From: Chamaesiphon sp.
Lineage (GTDB): Bacteria; Cyanobacteriota; Cyanobacteriia; Cyanobacteriales; Chamaesiphonaceae
Direction of reading: 5' to 3'
NCBI GenBank assembly: GCA_965246715.1
Contig: CBDFFH010000021.1
Location: 96,001-160,000, forward strand
Length of the DNA stretch: 64,000 nt
Shown here: positions 43,600 to 52,529 of the stretch, piece after piece
How positions within the stretch are numbered: position 1 is the first letter of the stretch
Layout: every line of letters begins with the position of its first letter
Program-made: the position numbers and the translations under genes
The notes under the pieces: model-generated
Databases searched by the model: none
What the model saw: only the letters and a program-made list of their open reading frames with translations
Told to the model about the DNA's origin: nothing

Positions 43600-44257
43600 T
43601 TGTATGGACATAAAAAATTTAGTACTTTAGTTAAATCATTTCCAGCTATTTTTGAATTTGAAGAAAGATCTTCAGGGTCTAAAGGGTTAAAAGATATCTA
43701 TATTCGGAATAAAAGATAATGGGTGTTGCTGAATTCAGGTATGGAATGCACAAATAATTTTTGTCGGGGTAATGCCTCGCGCCTACCCCATGCCAAAGTG
43801 AAAGCCGATCGACATGCTAGATAACGGTCTCATCTCGATGCTAGAGATTGGATGCCAAAGAATTTCCTGGAAAATTTGGCTGTGAGGTCTGCCGATCGAT
43901 ATAGCTATGTTACGCAGCTGGCTTGTGGGGAACGAATAATATATGGTATACAGTGTATCCGGGAACGATGGCAATTATTAGCACCAGAGTAGATGTTCTT
44001 CCGCTCGACGAGATCGAGACATCTCAGCAGTCAGCGACGGTGAAAAAACATTTGTGCTACATCGAGGTTGAGTCTATGGAACAGAACGATCTCGAGCCGA
44101 TCGAACTTGCCAACTTGTTGAATTTGCTACAAACTTAACCGAGATAATGTATCTTTAGATTAAATTCATCTGGACCAGAGCTAATGTTCGCTCACACTCA
44201 ACTAAACTTTAGACTTGGATAATTATCGTGATAAAATGTTAAACTTGGGTTCGTTCT

Positions 44258-45124
44258 ATGCTTGATGTAAAGCCTTTTCTACCTTCACAGTCTATGGCAA
44301 TTTCGATCGAGCATTCGATTATCTCCACCAAATACCCAATGATGGTAATTGGTGGAGCAGAAGACAAGGTTAATGAGTGCGGGATCTTAACCGCCTTCTT
44401 TGAGAGTGCTGGTGGGGATCTGTCTACGATCGGCATCATACCTTGTGCTTCTCAAGAACCTGTGGTGGTGGGCGATCGCTATTATCAGATTTTTCGCAAG
44501 ATGGGTGCCGAGCAGGTGCAAGTGCTCGATATCCGCCAACGCAATGAATGCGATCGAGAGCAATGGTTGGCCGTATTAGCTCAATGTACTGGAATTTTTT
44601 TGACTGGCGGGGATCAGTTACGCCTGAACGACCTACTGGGTGGTAGCAAATTTATCGACACGGTCAAACAAAGAGTTCAGCTGGGCGAACTCACTCTTGC
44701 TGGTACCAGTGCTGGAGCGGCGATCGTCGGTGAAAAGATGATTTCTGGCGGTAGCAGTGGTGAATCACCACATCAATTATTGGTCGATCTGACGGTTGGT
44801 TTGGGCTTTTTGCCAGAGCTAATCGTCGATCAACATTTTCACAACCGCAATCGGATGGCACGATTGATGAGTGCGATCGCGGCTAATCCTGACAAATTGG
44901 GGATTGGGATCGATGAGGATACTTGTGCAGCTTTTCGGGGCAATGGCACGTTTGAAGTGCTTGGCAAAGGTACCATTACGATTATCGATCCTGGGAGATT
45001 AACCCATACAAATTATCTTGAAGCTGACGAAACCATGCCGCTGAGCTTGCATAACCTCTCCGTACATGTGTTGGTTCAGGGCGATCGTTATGACTACAAG
45101 CATCGTGTTGTCTTGATGCCGTAG
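44258..45124 (+). CDS. cphB: Cyanophycinase
   Basis: IGGAEDK, TGGDQLR, GTSAGA, DQHFHNRNRMARL, GIDEDT. Confidence 0.95.
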   Translation: MLDVKPFLPSQSMAISIEHSIISTKYPMMVIGGAEDKVNECGILTAFFESAGGDLSTIGIIPCASQEPVVVGDRYYQIFRKMGAEQVQVLDIRQRNECDREQWLAVLAQCTGIFLTGGDQLRLNDLLGGSKFIDTVKQRVQLGELTLAGTSAGAAIVGEKMISGGSSGESPHQLLVDLTVGLGFLPELIVDQHFHNRNRMARLMSAIAANPDKLGIGIDEDTCAAFRGNGTFEVLGKGTITIIDPGRLTHTNYLEADETMPLSLHNLSVHVLVQGDRYDYKHRVVLMP

Positions 45125-45148
45125 TCAGATTTCACTGTCCGCAGCGCC

Positions 45149-45180
45149 TCGTTCGCGCAGCGTCTCTGGAAGAGAATCGC
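45149..45180 (+). repeat. SDR5-like very small repeat inside a HIP1-like site
   Basis: tcg[ttcgcgcagcgtctctggaagaga]atcgc. Confidence 0.55.
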
Positions 45181-45268
45181 GATTCCCTGGAACGAGCGAC
45201 TATCCCCAGATCGTTAAGCTGGTAACTATGTAGTACGTGCGGGTTGATTAATTAAGATAAGTTGTTTT

Positions 45269-45282
45269 GTAACAAATGATAC
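45269..45282 (+). promoter_or_regulatory. Candidate NtcA site upstream of cphA
   Basis: tGTA-acaaatga-TAC. Confidence 0.65.
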
Positions 45283-45468
45283 GGAACTAGAGGTTCGATT
45301 TGAAATTAAGTATAAGTAGATCTGCACGATTAATCCAACTGTCAATGCGATTGTAGCAAAGAATTTTTCAATTTAGTCCTTCCACAACCTATTTCAATCC
45401 CAAACCCTGAAACTCAGCTCAGGGTTTGTCTTAATTGAGATCTAATCAGCTAAAGCCACCTCACAACT

Positions 45469-48267
45469 ATGAAAATTCTTCAAACTCAAACGCTTCGAGG
45501 CCCAAACTACTGGAGTATTTCTCGTTCCAAGCTAATTCTCGTGCGTCTTGATTTGGAGGAACTAGCCGATCGCCAGTCCGATCGCCTTCAGGGATTTTAT
45601 GATGGATTAGTGGCCGCGCTACCAAGCTTAGACGATCATTTTTGTTCGCGGGGGTGCCAGGGCGGATTTCTGAGTCGGGTCGCAGAAGGGACGATGATGG
45701 GTCACATTCTAGAACATGTGGCGCTGGAGCTACAAACATTGGCGGGGATGTACGTCGGGTTCGGTCGCACTCGCGAGACGGCAACTCCAGGCGTATATCA
45801 GGTGGTGATTGAATACGAACATGAGGAGGCGGGACGTTACGCGGCAAGAGCGGCACTGCGGCTATGTCAAAGTATCGTCACTACAGGTACATACCCCCAA
45901 TCCGAACTAAAAAAAGATTTGGCCGATCTGATGAAGCTCCGGACAGAAGCGTCTGTGGGAGCCAGTACCGAAGCACTGGTGCGAGAAGCTCAAGCACGGG
46001 GGATCCCGTGGATGCAGTTAGAGACCTGCGATCTGATCCAGTTAGGTTATGGCAAGTATCAAAAACGGGTTCAAGCGGCACTAACCTCTCACAGCAACGT
46101 ACTCGCGGTAGAGCTAGCGGGTAATAAGGAGAGTACTAAAAAAATCTTGGCTCATTTGGGCGTTCCGGTGCCGTTGGGCAAAGTTATCTACTCATTCAAG
46201 GAGCTAAAAGAAACGATCGACGATCTCGGTGGCTTTCCGATCGTGATTAAGCCATTAGATGGTAATCACGGGCGGGGAATTACGATCGATATCCAATCGT
46301 GGGAGCGGGCAGAAGTTGCTTACGATCGGGCGCGGGAGGTGTCTAATGGTGTGATTGTCGAACATTTCTACCAGGGGCGAGATCATCGGATTTTGGTAGT
46401 CGATCGCAAAGTAGTGGCAGTAGCAGAGCGGGTACCTGCCCATGTCATCGGTAATGGCATCGAGACGATCTCCGCATTAGTCGATCGCGAAAATCGCGAC
46501 GCGCGTCGAGGCGAAGGACACGACAATATTTTGACGCAGATTCAACTCGATGATGCTACGGATGAGATGTTGAGAGGTCAAGGTTGTACCCTCGATACGA
46601 TCTTGCCAGCAGGGGACGTTTGCTTCCTCCGGGCGACAGCCAATCTCAGCACGGGCGGGATCGCCATCGATCGAACCGACGAGATTCACCCAGACAATGT
46701 CTGGTTAGCAGAGCGAGTTGCCGGGATTATCGGGCTAGATATCGCGGGGATCGATGTGGTGACGACGGATATTAGCAAGCCGTTGCGCGAAGCGGATGGG
46801 GTCATCGTCGAAGTGAATGCCGCACCTGGGTTGCGGATGCATGTGGCACCGAGTCAAGGTGTCGGTCGCAATGTGGCAGCGCCGATTCTAGAGATGTTGT
46901 TTCCCCCCGGTACGCCAACGCACATTCCGATCGTGGCAGTGACAGGAACTAATGGCAAAACTACCACGACGCGACTGATCGCCCATATTTTCAGTCAGGT
47001 TTATCCGGCGGTAGGCTTTACGACTACAGACGGAATTTATATCGGTGAGCGTCTAGTCGAGAAAGGCGATACTACCGGGCCGCAAAGCGCCCAGATGATC
47101 TTGCAAGATCCGACGATCGATATTGCCGTATTAGAGACGGCACGGGGAGGGATTTTGCGAGCGGGTCTGGCATTCGATCGCTGTGATATTGGCATCGTCT
47201 TAAATGTGGCCGCAGATCATTTAGGATTGGGAGACATCGAGACGATCGACCAAATGGCTAAAGTCAAAGCGACGATCGCTGAATCGGTGAGAGCGGATGG
47301 TTATGCCGTGCTCAATGCTGATGACGAGCGAGTTGCCGCTATGGCCGATCGGGTCGTTAGCAAGGTGGCCTATTTCTCCATGGATGCGGAAAACCCGTTA
47401 ATCCGCTCTCACGTTCGGAACGGGGGAATTGCCGCAGTTATCGATAATGACGGGTACTTGGTGATTTTACAGCAAGATTGGGTGCATCGCATCGAGAAAG
47501 CAGAGCGAGTACCACTGACATTGGGCGGTCGCGCACCGTTCATGATTGCCAATGCCCTCGCAGCCAGTCTGGGTGCATTCGTGCATGGAGTTAAAATCGA
47601 GCGAATTCGAGCGGCGCTATGCAGCTTCAAAGCCTCAGCGCAACAAACGCCAGGACGGATGAATTTATTCGATCTCGGTCGCTATCATGCGCTGGTAGAT
47701 TATGCCCACAATCCCGCCGGATATGCAGCCGTCGGCAGCTTTGTCACCAACTGGGATGGCCCAAAAATTGGGGTAATCGGCGGAGCTGGCGATCGCCGCG
47801 ATGAAGATTTGGTCGCATTGGGTAGCCTCGCAGCAACTTTTTTTGATGAGATTATCGTCAAAGAAGATGACGATTTGCGCGATCGACCTTGGGGTGAGGC
47901 CGCAGAGTTAATCGTCCAAGGGATCGAGCGAGTTGTCGAGACAGATCCGAACGTTTCAGTCACCCACTCGATCGTCCTCAATGAAGTTGAAGCAATCGAA
48001 CAGGCGCTCAATAATGCCCCCGACAATGCTTTGGTAGTAATCTTGCCAGAAAAAATTAGTCAGGCGATCGCGATGATTATGTCCCGCAATCCGATTGTCG
48101 ATCGTCCGGAAACTGCTGTAGCACCAGCAACGCGGCCAGAAAATCCCATCGCGATCGACCGCCACGATTCGATCGAACATACGCTACCGGTGATTAATTA
48201 TCCGCCGCAGCCGGAACAACTGCCAACTTTGAATAATTCGGAACGTCCAGGAGTGCATTTCGGTTAA
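45469..48267 (+). CDS. cphA: Cyanophycin synthetase (CphA1)
   Basis: LRGPNYWS, HILEHVALELQ, ATP-grasp KPLDGNHGRG, Mur-ligase VTGTNGKTTT, DYAHNP. Confidence 0.97.
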   Translation: MKILQTQTLRGPNYWSISRSKLILVRLDLEELADRQSDRLQGFYDGLVAALPSLDDHFCSRGCQGGFLSRVAEGTMMGHILEHVALELQTLAGMYVGFGRTRETATPGVYQVVIEYEHEEAGRYAARAALRLCQSIVTTGTYPQSELKKDLADLMKLRTEASVGASTEALVREAQARGIPWMQLETCDLIQLGYGKYQKRVQAALTSHSNVLAVELAGNKESTKKILAHLGVPVPLGKVIYSFKELKETIDDLGGFPIVIKPLDGNHGRGITIDIQSWERAEVAYDRAREVSNGVIVEHFYQGRDHRILVVDRKVVAVAERVPAHVIGNGIETISALVDRENRDARRGEGHDNILTQIQLDDATDEMLRGQGCTLDTILPAGDVCFLRATANLSTGGIAIDRTDEIHPDNVWLAERVAGIIGLDIAGIDVVTTDISKPLREADGVIVEVNAAPGLRMHVAPSQGVGRNVAAPILEMLFPPGTPTHIPIVAVTGTNGKTTTTRLIAHIFSQVYPAVGFTTTDGIYIGERLVEKGDTTGPQSAQMILQDPTIDIAVLETARGGILRAGLAFDRCDIGIVLNVAADHLGLGDIETIDQMAKVKATIAESVRADGYAVLNADDERVAAMADRVVSKVAYFSMDAENPLIRSHVRNGGIAAVIDNDGYLVILQQDWVHRIEKAERVPLTLGGRAPFMIANALAASLGAFVHGVKIERIRAALCSFKASAQQTPGRMNLFDLGRYHALVDYAHNPAGYAAVGSFVTNWDGPKIGVIGGAGDRRDEDLVALGSLAATFFDEIIVKEDDDLRDRPWGEAAELIVQGIERVVETDPNVSVTHSIVLNEVEAIEQALNNAPDNALVVILPEKISQAIAMIMSRNPIVDRPETAVAPATRPENPIAIDRHDSIEHTLPVINYPPQPEQLPTLNNSERPGVHFG

Positions 48268-48440
48268 GCAGCAAAGCGGGTACATAAATTAAGTGAGTGA
48301 TGGCGGGTGGACAATGACCACTCGCTATTTTTTTGAGCCAAGCGAATTTCGATCGCGATTGTACCATTTTGGATTTTGGATTGGGAAAGCCTTGCTGTCT
48401 GTGGAGTCTACAAACCTATCTGTCGCCCTTATTTGTTAAA

Positions 48441-48832
48441 TAACGTGAGTTCGGGTTAAGGATATTTGCTTCGCTCAAGCACCGCACTCGATTGTGTCTT
48501 GTCGCACTAAACCCTCGGCAAAGCCGAGGAGCGCGCGCCGCAAATCGGTGCTAATAGTGCAAAGTCCGGTTGTTGCCGCGAGCGGCAAAAGCCTGCCTTC
48601 GAGGACTAGATAATTAGTCCGCGAAGCGAAAAGTGCATTTGGTCGGCTAGCCTTTTGGTCGGCTCGCCGACCATTAGACCAGTAGGTCTTGGGGTTTCCC
48701 CAAGTAGAGCACCTTTTCAAGACAGCGACGCGCGCTCCTCGGGTTCCCCGAGGGTTTAGCGCGTCAAGACAGGCGGACTTTGCATCATGAGCCGAGACTT
48801 CAGTCTCCAGGCTATTCTTATCCCGAACTCAC
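48441..48832. mobile_element. MITE (TAACGTGAGTTCGGG TIR) carrying four small insertions
   Basis: Reverse complement of the 21017-21194 backbone plus inserts 48495-48541, ~48568-48594, 48626-48724, 48725-48771. Confidence 0.8.
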
Positions 48833-48953
48833 TGTGGTTTTGCTGATGAGTTATCGCGTAATCAATCAATTCATGCACAAACTCAAACAGTAGTAGTTCA
48901 AATTTGTAGATAACTCTGAATGTCCAAATTTTCAAGATCGAGCCAACTAAAAC

Positions 48954-49802
48954 ATGAATAAATATCTCGATCCTTCAACGTCGATCGGGATCGAGCTAAC
49001 AGGACTCGATCTCAACACGCTCAGTGACGATCGCATCGCCGAGCTGAAGTATTTACTAGCACACAAGGGTGTTGTGGTTGTGCGCAAGCAGTCACTAAGC
49101 GATACCGAGTTTGTCGCCTTGCTCGGGCGGCTAGGCTCCCTAGCATTTACCGCCGGCGAACAACCCGTTGTAGAACAGCAGTGGTTAAACCTCGTCAGCA
49201 ATGTGGGGCGGAAGTCTCCACCTCGCAGCGTTTTTCATACCGATACGAGTTATATTGCCAATCCCCCAGCTTATACTGCGCTCAAGGCAGTGACGCTACC
49301 ACGATACGGTGGCGAAACGCTATTTTCTAATCAATACCTAGCCTTTGACACATTGCCAATTAGCATCAAACAACGGTTGGCAGATGCAACAGTGTTACAT
49401 GTAGCTTCTGGGGTCGAGCCAGCTAACGGGGAAACTCAATCTTGGCATCCGTTATTTCGGCAACATCCAATTTCAGGGAAGATTGCGCTATTCTTATCGA
49501 CACCAGAACGGTGTCAGCGGATCGACGGACTAGATCTCACCCAGAGCCAGCGGGCGATCCGGTTGCTTTACCAACATTCGATTCGTCCCCATCGACTGTA
49601 TCGCCATCATTGGCAACAGGGCGACATTGTAATTTGGGACAATCGCTGCACGATGCATCGTGCGGATCATTCACAAGTGGTGGGCGATCGCGTCCTGCAT
49701 CGCGGTCTCGTCGCTGGTGAAGCGCCACTAACTGCTGTGCTACTCTCGGGTAGCACAGCAGTTAGCCTTAGTTTGCAGCAGGATCTAGACCTCAATTGGT
49801 GA
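48954..49802 (+). CDS. TauD/TfdA family Fe(II)/2-oxoglutarate dioxygenase
   Basis: FHTD, GGETLF, WQQGDIVIWDNRCTMHRA. Confidence 0.92.
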   Translation: MNKYLDPSTSIGIELTGLDLNTLSDDRIAELKYLLAHKGVVVVRKQSLSDTEFVALLGRLGSLAFTAGEQPVVEQQWLNLVSNVGRKSPPRSVFHTDTSYIANPPAYTALKAVTLPRYGGETLFSNQYLAFDTLPISIKQRLADATVLHVASGVEPANGETQSWHPLFRQHPISGKIALFLSTPERCQRIDGLDLTQSQRAIRLLYQHSIRPHRLYRHHWQQGDIVIWDNRCTMHRADHSQVVGDRVLHRGLVAGEAPLTAVLLSGSTAVSLSLQQDLDLNW

Positions 49803-49981
49803 TAGTGCAAATCTTTAAAGAAGTGAAGCTACCTTTCTAAGAACCTATTGGACACACAGCAAAAGTCACTGAATATCTGTCTGTCTAACGTTGCCCATCA
49901 CCCGCCACAAATCGGTATCATAACCGATCGACTCTCGGCGGTCAGTCAGTGTGCATGAGCGTTGTGATACTGTGCGCCCCG

Positions 49982-50302
49982 CTAAAAACGTCTTTCAGGG
50001 TAAAAGATAAATAGTGTGCAGCCTATCTTCGATTGGGGAATGTGGCCAGAACCGATGGGATGATGAATAAATGTTCCCGCTGGATAGTCCCGAGTACCAT
50101 CATTAAAAACTCCATCCATCACCAAAACTTCCTCTGAAGTGTCTTGGTGGAAGTCAACGCCTTCCCATTGAGCACCAGGTTCAATTTTAACAATTACTGC
50201 TTGTGCGCCATTCTCACCTTGCCATAACTGACGAGCACTAATCCCATTGAAAATTGCTCGAACAGGGCTATCCTGTCCGTTCGACCATACGATTGCACTC
50301 AT
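49982..50302 (-). CDS. ChrR-like cupin domain protein
   Basis: H...EEVLVMDGVF.DG..YPAGTFIHHPIGSGHIP. Confidence 0.85.
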   Translation of the reverse strand: MSAIVWSNGQDSPVRAIFNGISARQLWQGENGAQAVIVKIEPGAQWEGVDFHQDTSEEVLVMDGVFNDGTRDYPAGTFIHHPIGSGHIPQSKIGCTLFIFYPERRF

Positions 50303-50400
50303 CGAAATATTCTCCTTTTAGTTCATAACTGAAGCTTAAACTGCTAAAATCTATTTGTCAAAGTGAACTTATCGAACTTTCAATTCATTTTTACTGATAT

Positions 50401-51348
50401 ATGGAATTTCGACATCTGCAAACCTTTCAATCGATCGCGCAGGAAGGCAGCTTTCTGAAAGCAGCTGAGAAACTCCAGTACGCACAATCCACGATTACGC
50501 TACATATTCAGCAGCTAGAAGCGGAACTAGGCATAAAACTGTTCTCTCGTCGTGGTAAACGCACAGAATTAACTATTGCGGGGAGAACCCTGATAGCTCA
50601 TGCCGATCGATTGCTACATCGTGCAGCAAACTTACAGCAAACTATGACCGATCTGGTTGCTGGCGAAGCTGGACATTTACGTATTGCTTCGATCGAACCC
50701 GTTGCCAGTATTTATCTGCCTGCCATCTTGGTACAGTTCTGTCAGAACCATCCTAAAGTGAGAATAACGCTTGAAGTAGGTGTGACTCAATCGATTAGTC
50801 AGCGCGTTGCTGTTGGGTCGATCGATCTAGCGATTTGCTCACCACCAAGCGCAAATCTAGACTTAACCTTTGAGTTGTTATTTCACGATCCGATCGCACT
50901 GCTAATTCCAGATACGCACCCACTCGCTACATTAGATGAGATTTCGGCACCTTTATTAGCCAAAGAGCGTTTAATTCTAACAGAGGAACATTGCCCATAT
51001 CGCAATATTTTTGAGAAGGCATTACTTTCTGAAGATATTAACCCTTTCTCCGGTCTTGAAGTGATGAGCTTAGAAGCACTAAAAGAAATGGTGCGATGTG
51101 GATTGGGTATTGGTGTAATCCCTGCGGCTGCGGTTGCATCTCCTCCCCCAAACACGATCGCTCGAAGCATTTCAGGACTAGATCTGAAATTACCGGTTGG
51201 TATCGTTTTCCAGTCAGAAGTAAGTTTTCCCGGCTCAGCCTTACACACACTAATTTCAGATTTGAAAGCTGGATCGAACAATGCTTATTTGAGTACAACT
51301 GAGAGATCGACTTCAAATACTTCTGTTCCGACAGATCGAGCAGTATAA
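50401..51348 (+). CDS. LysR family transcriptional regulator
   Basis: N-terminal HTH GSFLKAAEKLQYAQSTITLHIQQLEAELG; divergent from the cupin gene. Confidence 0.95.
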   Translation: MEFRHLQTFQSIAQEGSFLKAAEKLQYAQSTITLHIQQLEAELGIKLFSRRGKRTELTIAGRTLIAHADRLLHRAANLQQTMTDLVAGEAGHLRIASIEPVASIYLPAILVQFCQNHPKVRITLEVGVTQSISQRVAVGSIDLAICSPPSANLDLTFELLFHDPIALLIPDTHPLATLDEISAPLLAKERLILTEEHCPYRNIFEKALLSEDINPFSGLEVMSLEALKEMVRCGLGIGVIPAAAVASPPPNTIARSISGLDLKLPVGIVFQSEVSFPGSALHTLISDLKAGSNNAYLSTTERSTSNTSVPTDRAV

Positions 51349-51470
51349 TGTTCCCAATTACCTGTCGCTAGCAACAGGTGATTCACCCACAACCCCAATA
51401 CACTTTTGCCGTATTGAGATTGTGATGCCGCGAGCGATTTTTGCTAACTACCAGTTCGAGAAGCGAATCT

Positions 51471-52016
51471 TTAAACTGGCTCAAAGATCGTCCAATCTTC
51501 AACATTTACATCTTTTAAGATCGTTCCCGCTCGATCGAGTTCATCGTCCGTACCCTTAATGACGACTAAATACCCTCCTTGCGTCAAGCGATCGAGGTAA
51601 GGTTTGATGCGATCTGCGGAAATTTCATTCCGAATTCCAGCATTAATCAATCCGCCGGATAATGCTCCATAAAAAGCTCCAGTTGCTAGTCCCACGCCAG
51701 CGACAGCCAGCGAACCGAGTCCTGGTACCACCAAGGTTGCCAGCCCGCCCAGTAATACGCCAGCAGCACCGCCCAAACTCCCGCCAGTAAAAGCACCCGT
51801 GCCGACTCGCTCGACACTTTGCTGACTCTCAAATTGAGTTTGAGACTGAACGACGGGTACGGATGTTTCGAGAGCTTTATCTTCTGGCTCGATATGCTTG
51901 GTGACGACAGAAACATTGTCGATCGGAAAATCTGCTGCTTGCAGTCGATCGAGTGCCGCTTGGGTGCGCTCGCGATCGGCAAATACACCAACCGCATTTT
52001 TGTGTTGTGCTGACAT
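51471..52016 (-). CDS. General stress protein-like membrane protein
   Basis: AVGVF...LQAADFP..NVSVV; Gly-zipper TM hairpin. Confidence 0.75.
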   Translation of the reverse strand: MSAQHKNAVGVFADRERTQAALDRLQAADFPIDNVSVVTKHIEPEDKALETSVPVVQSQTQFESQQSVERVGTGAFTGGSLGGAAGVLLGGLATLVVPGLGSLAVAGVGLATGAFYGALSGGLINAGIRNEISADRIKPYLDRLTQGGYLVVIKGTDDELDRAGTILKDVNVEDWTIFEPV

Positions 52017-52047
52017 CTTTCAAGTTCCTAGATTGTAGGTTTATGTA

Positions 52048-52080
52048 AGCTCGATATTTTATGCCACAAAATATCGAGCT
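52048..52080. other. Perfect 13-bp inverted repeat upstream of the stress-protein gene
   Basis: agctcgatatttt-atgccac-aaaatatcgagct. Confidence 0.7.
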
Positions 52081-52448
52081 ATTTCTGTGGACGAATAGTT
52101 GGCAGCATGGAGAAACAACCGATCGCGAACAATCTAGATTCAGGCATATTTAGATTGGTGGTGAAGGCGGCAAGGAAATCGCTCGTGCTGATGACTTTGC
52201 TAGCCCTTATTAAAATATCGTTACATGTGGATGATTGAAATCTTGTCTAGTTAAGCGATTGAATTGTATAAGAATTACAAAACGGTGGTTAAAATTTCGC
52301 TCGATCGTCGCTGTTGCACTTGGATCGTTGTTTCAATACACCTTTAGCAGCTACCTACTGAAATGCCACCGATTAAAACCGCTGAGGTTATCGGTAGCAA
52401 CTTGGGTTACTAGTGAATGGAGATATCAAAAGTATTGAGATAGTTTTC

Positions 52449-52462
52449 GTAGCTAAACATAC
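52449..52462 (+). promoter_or_regulatory. Candidate NtcA site upstream of the GAF-LuxR regulator
   Basis: GTA-gctaaaca-TACa. Confidence 0.55.
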
Positions 52463-52529
52463 AGCCAAATACAGCCGATCGCAGCTTAGATAGATTTAAG
52501 TAATCGATCGATAGCTGGACTAATTACCA

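Larger units (their letters stand above)
41474..43719 (+). pseudogene. NYN (LabA/DUF88) + OST-HTH/LOTUS protein, disrupted
   Basis: LAVLIDADN...YGDW...GKNATD...SSDSDF; no in-frame start; in-frame TGA at 42089-91; split by IS; remainder HKKFSTLVKSF...RNKR* at 43609-43719. Confidence 0.88.

Noticed and set aside
43923..44138. 71-aa ORF upstream of cphB
   Set aside because: Weak start and no motif; could be a gene fragment but unsupported.
48954..51348. TauD/cupin/LysR as part of the Nit1C pathway
   Set aside because: Separated by an unrelated gene; no NtcA or shared operator motif seen.
51360..51379. Perfect lux-box-like palindrome ACCTGT-N8-ACAGGT
   Set aside because: Lies between convergent gene ends and extends into a hairpin; more simply a terminator, with no linked NtcA site.
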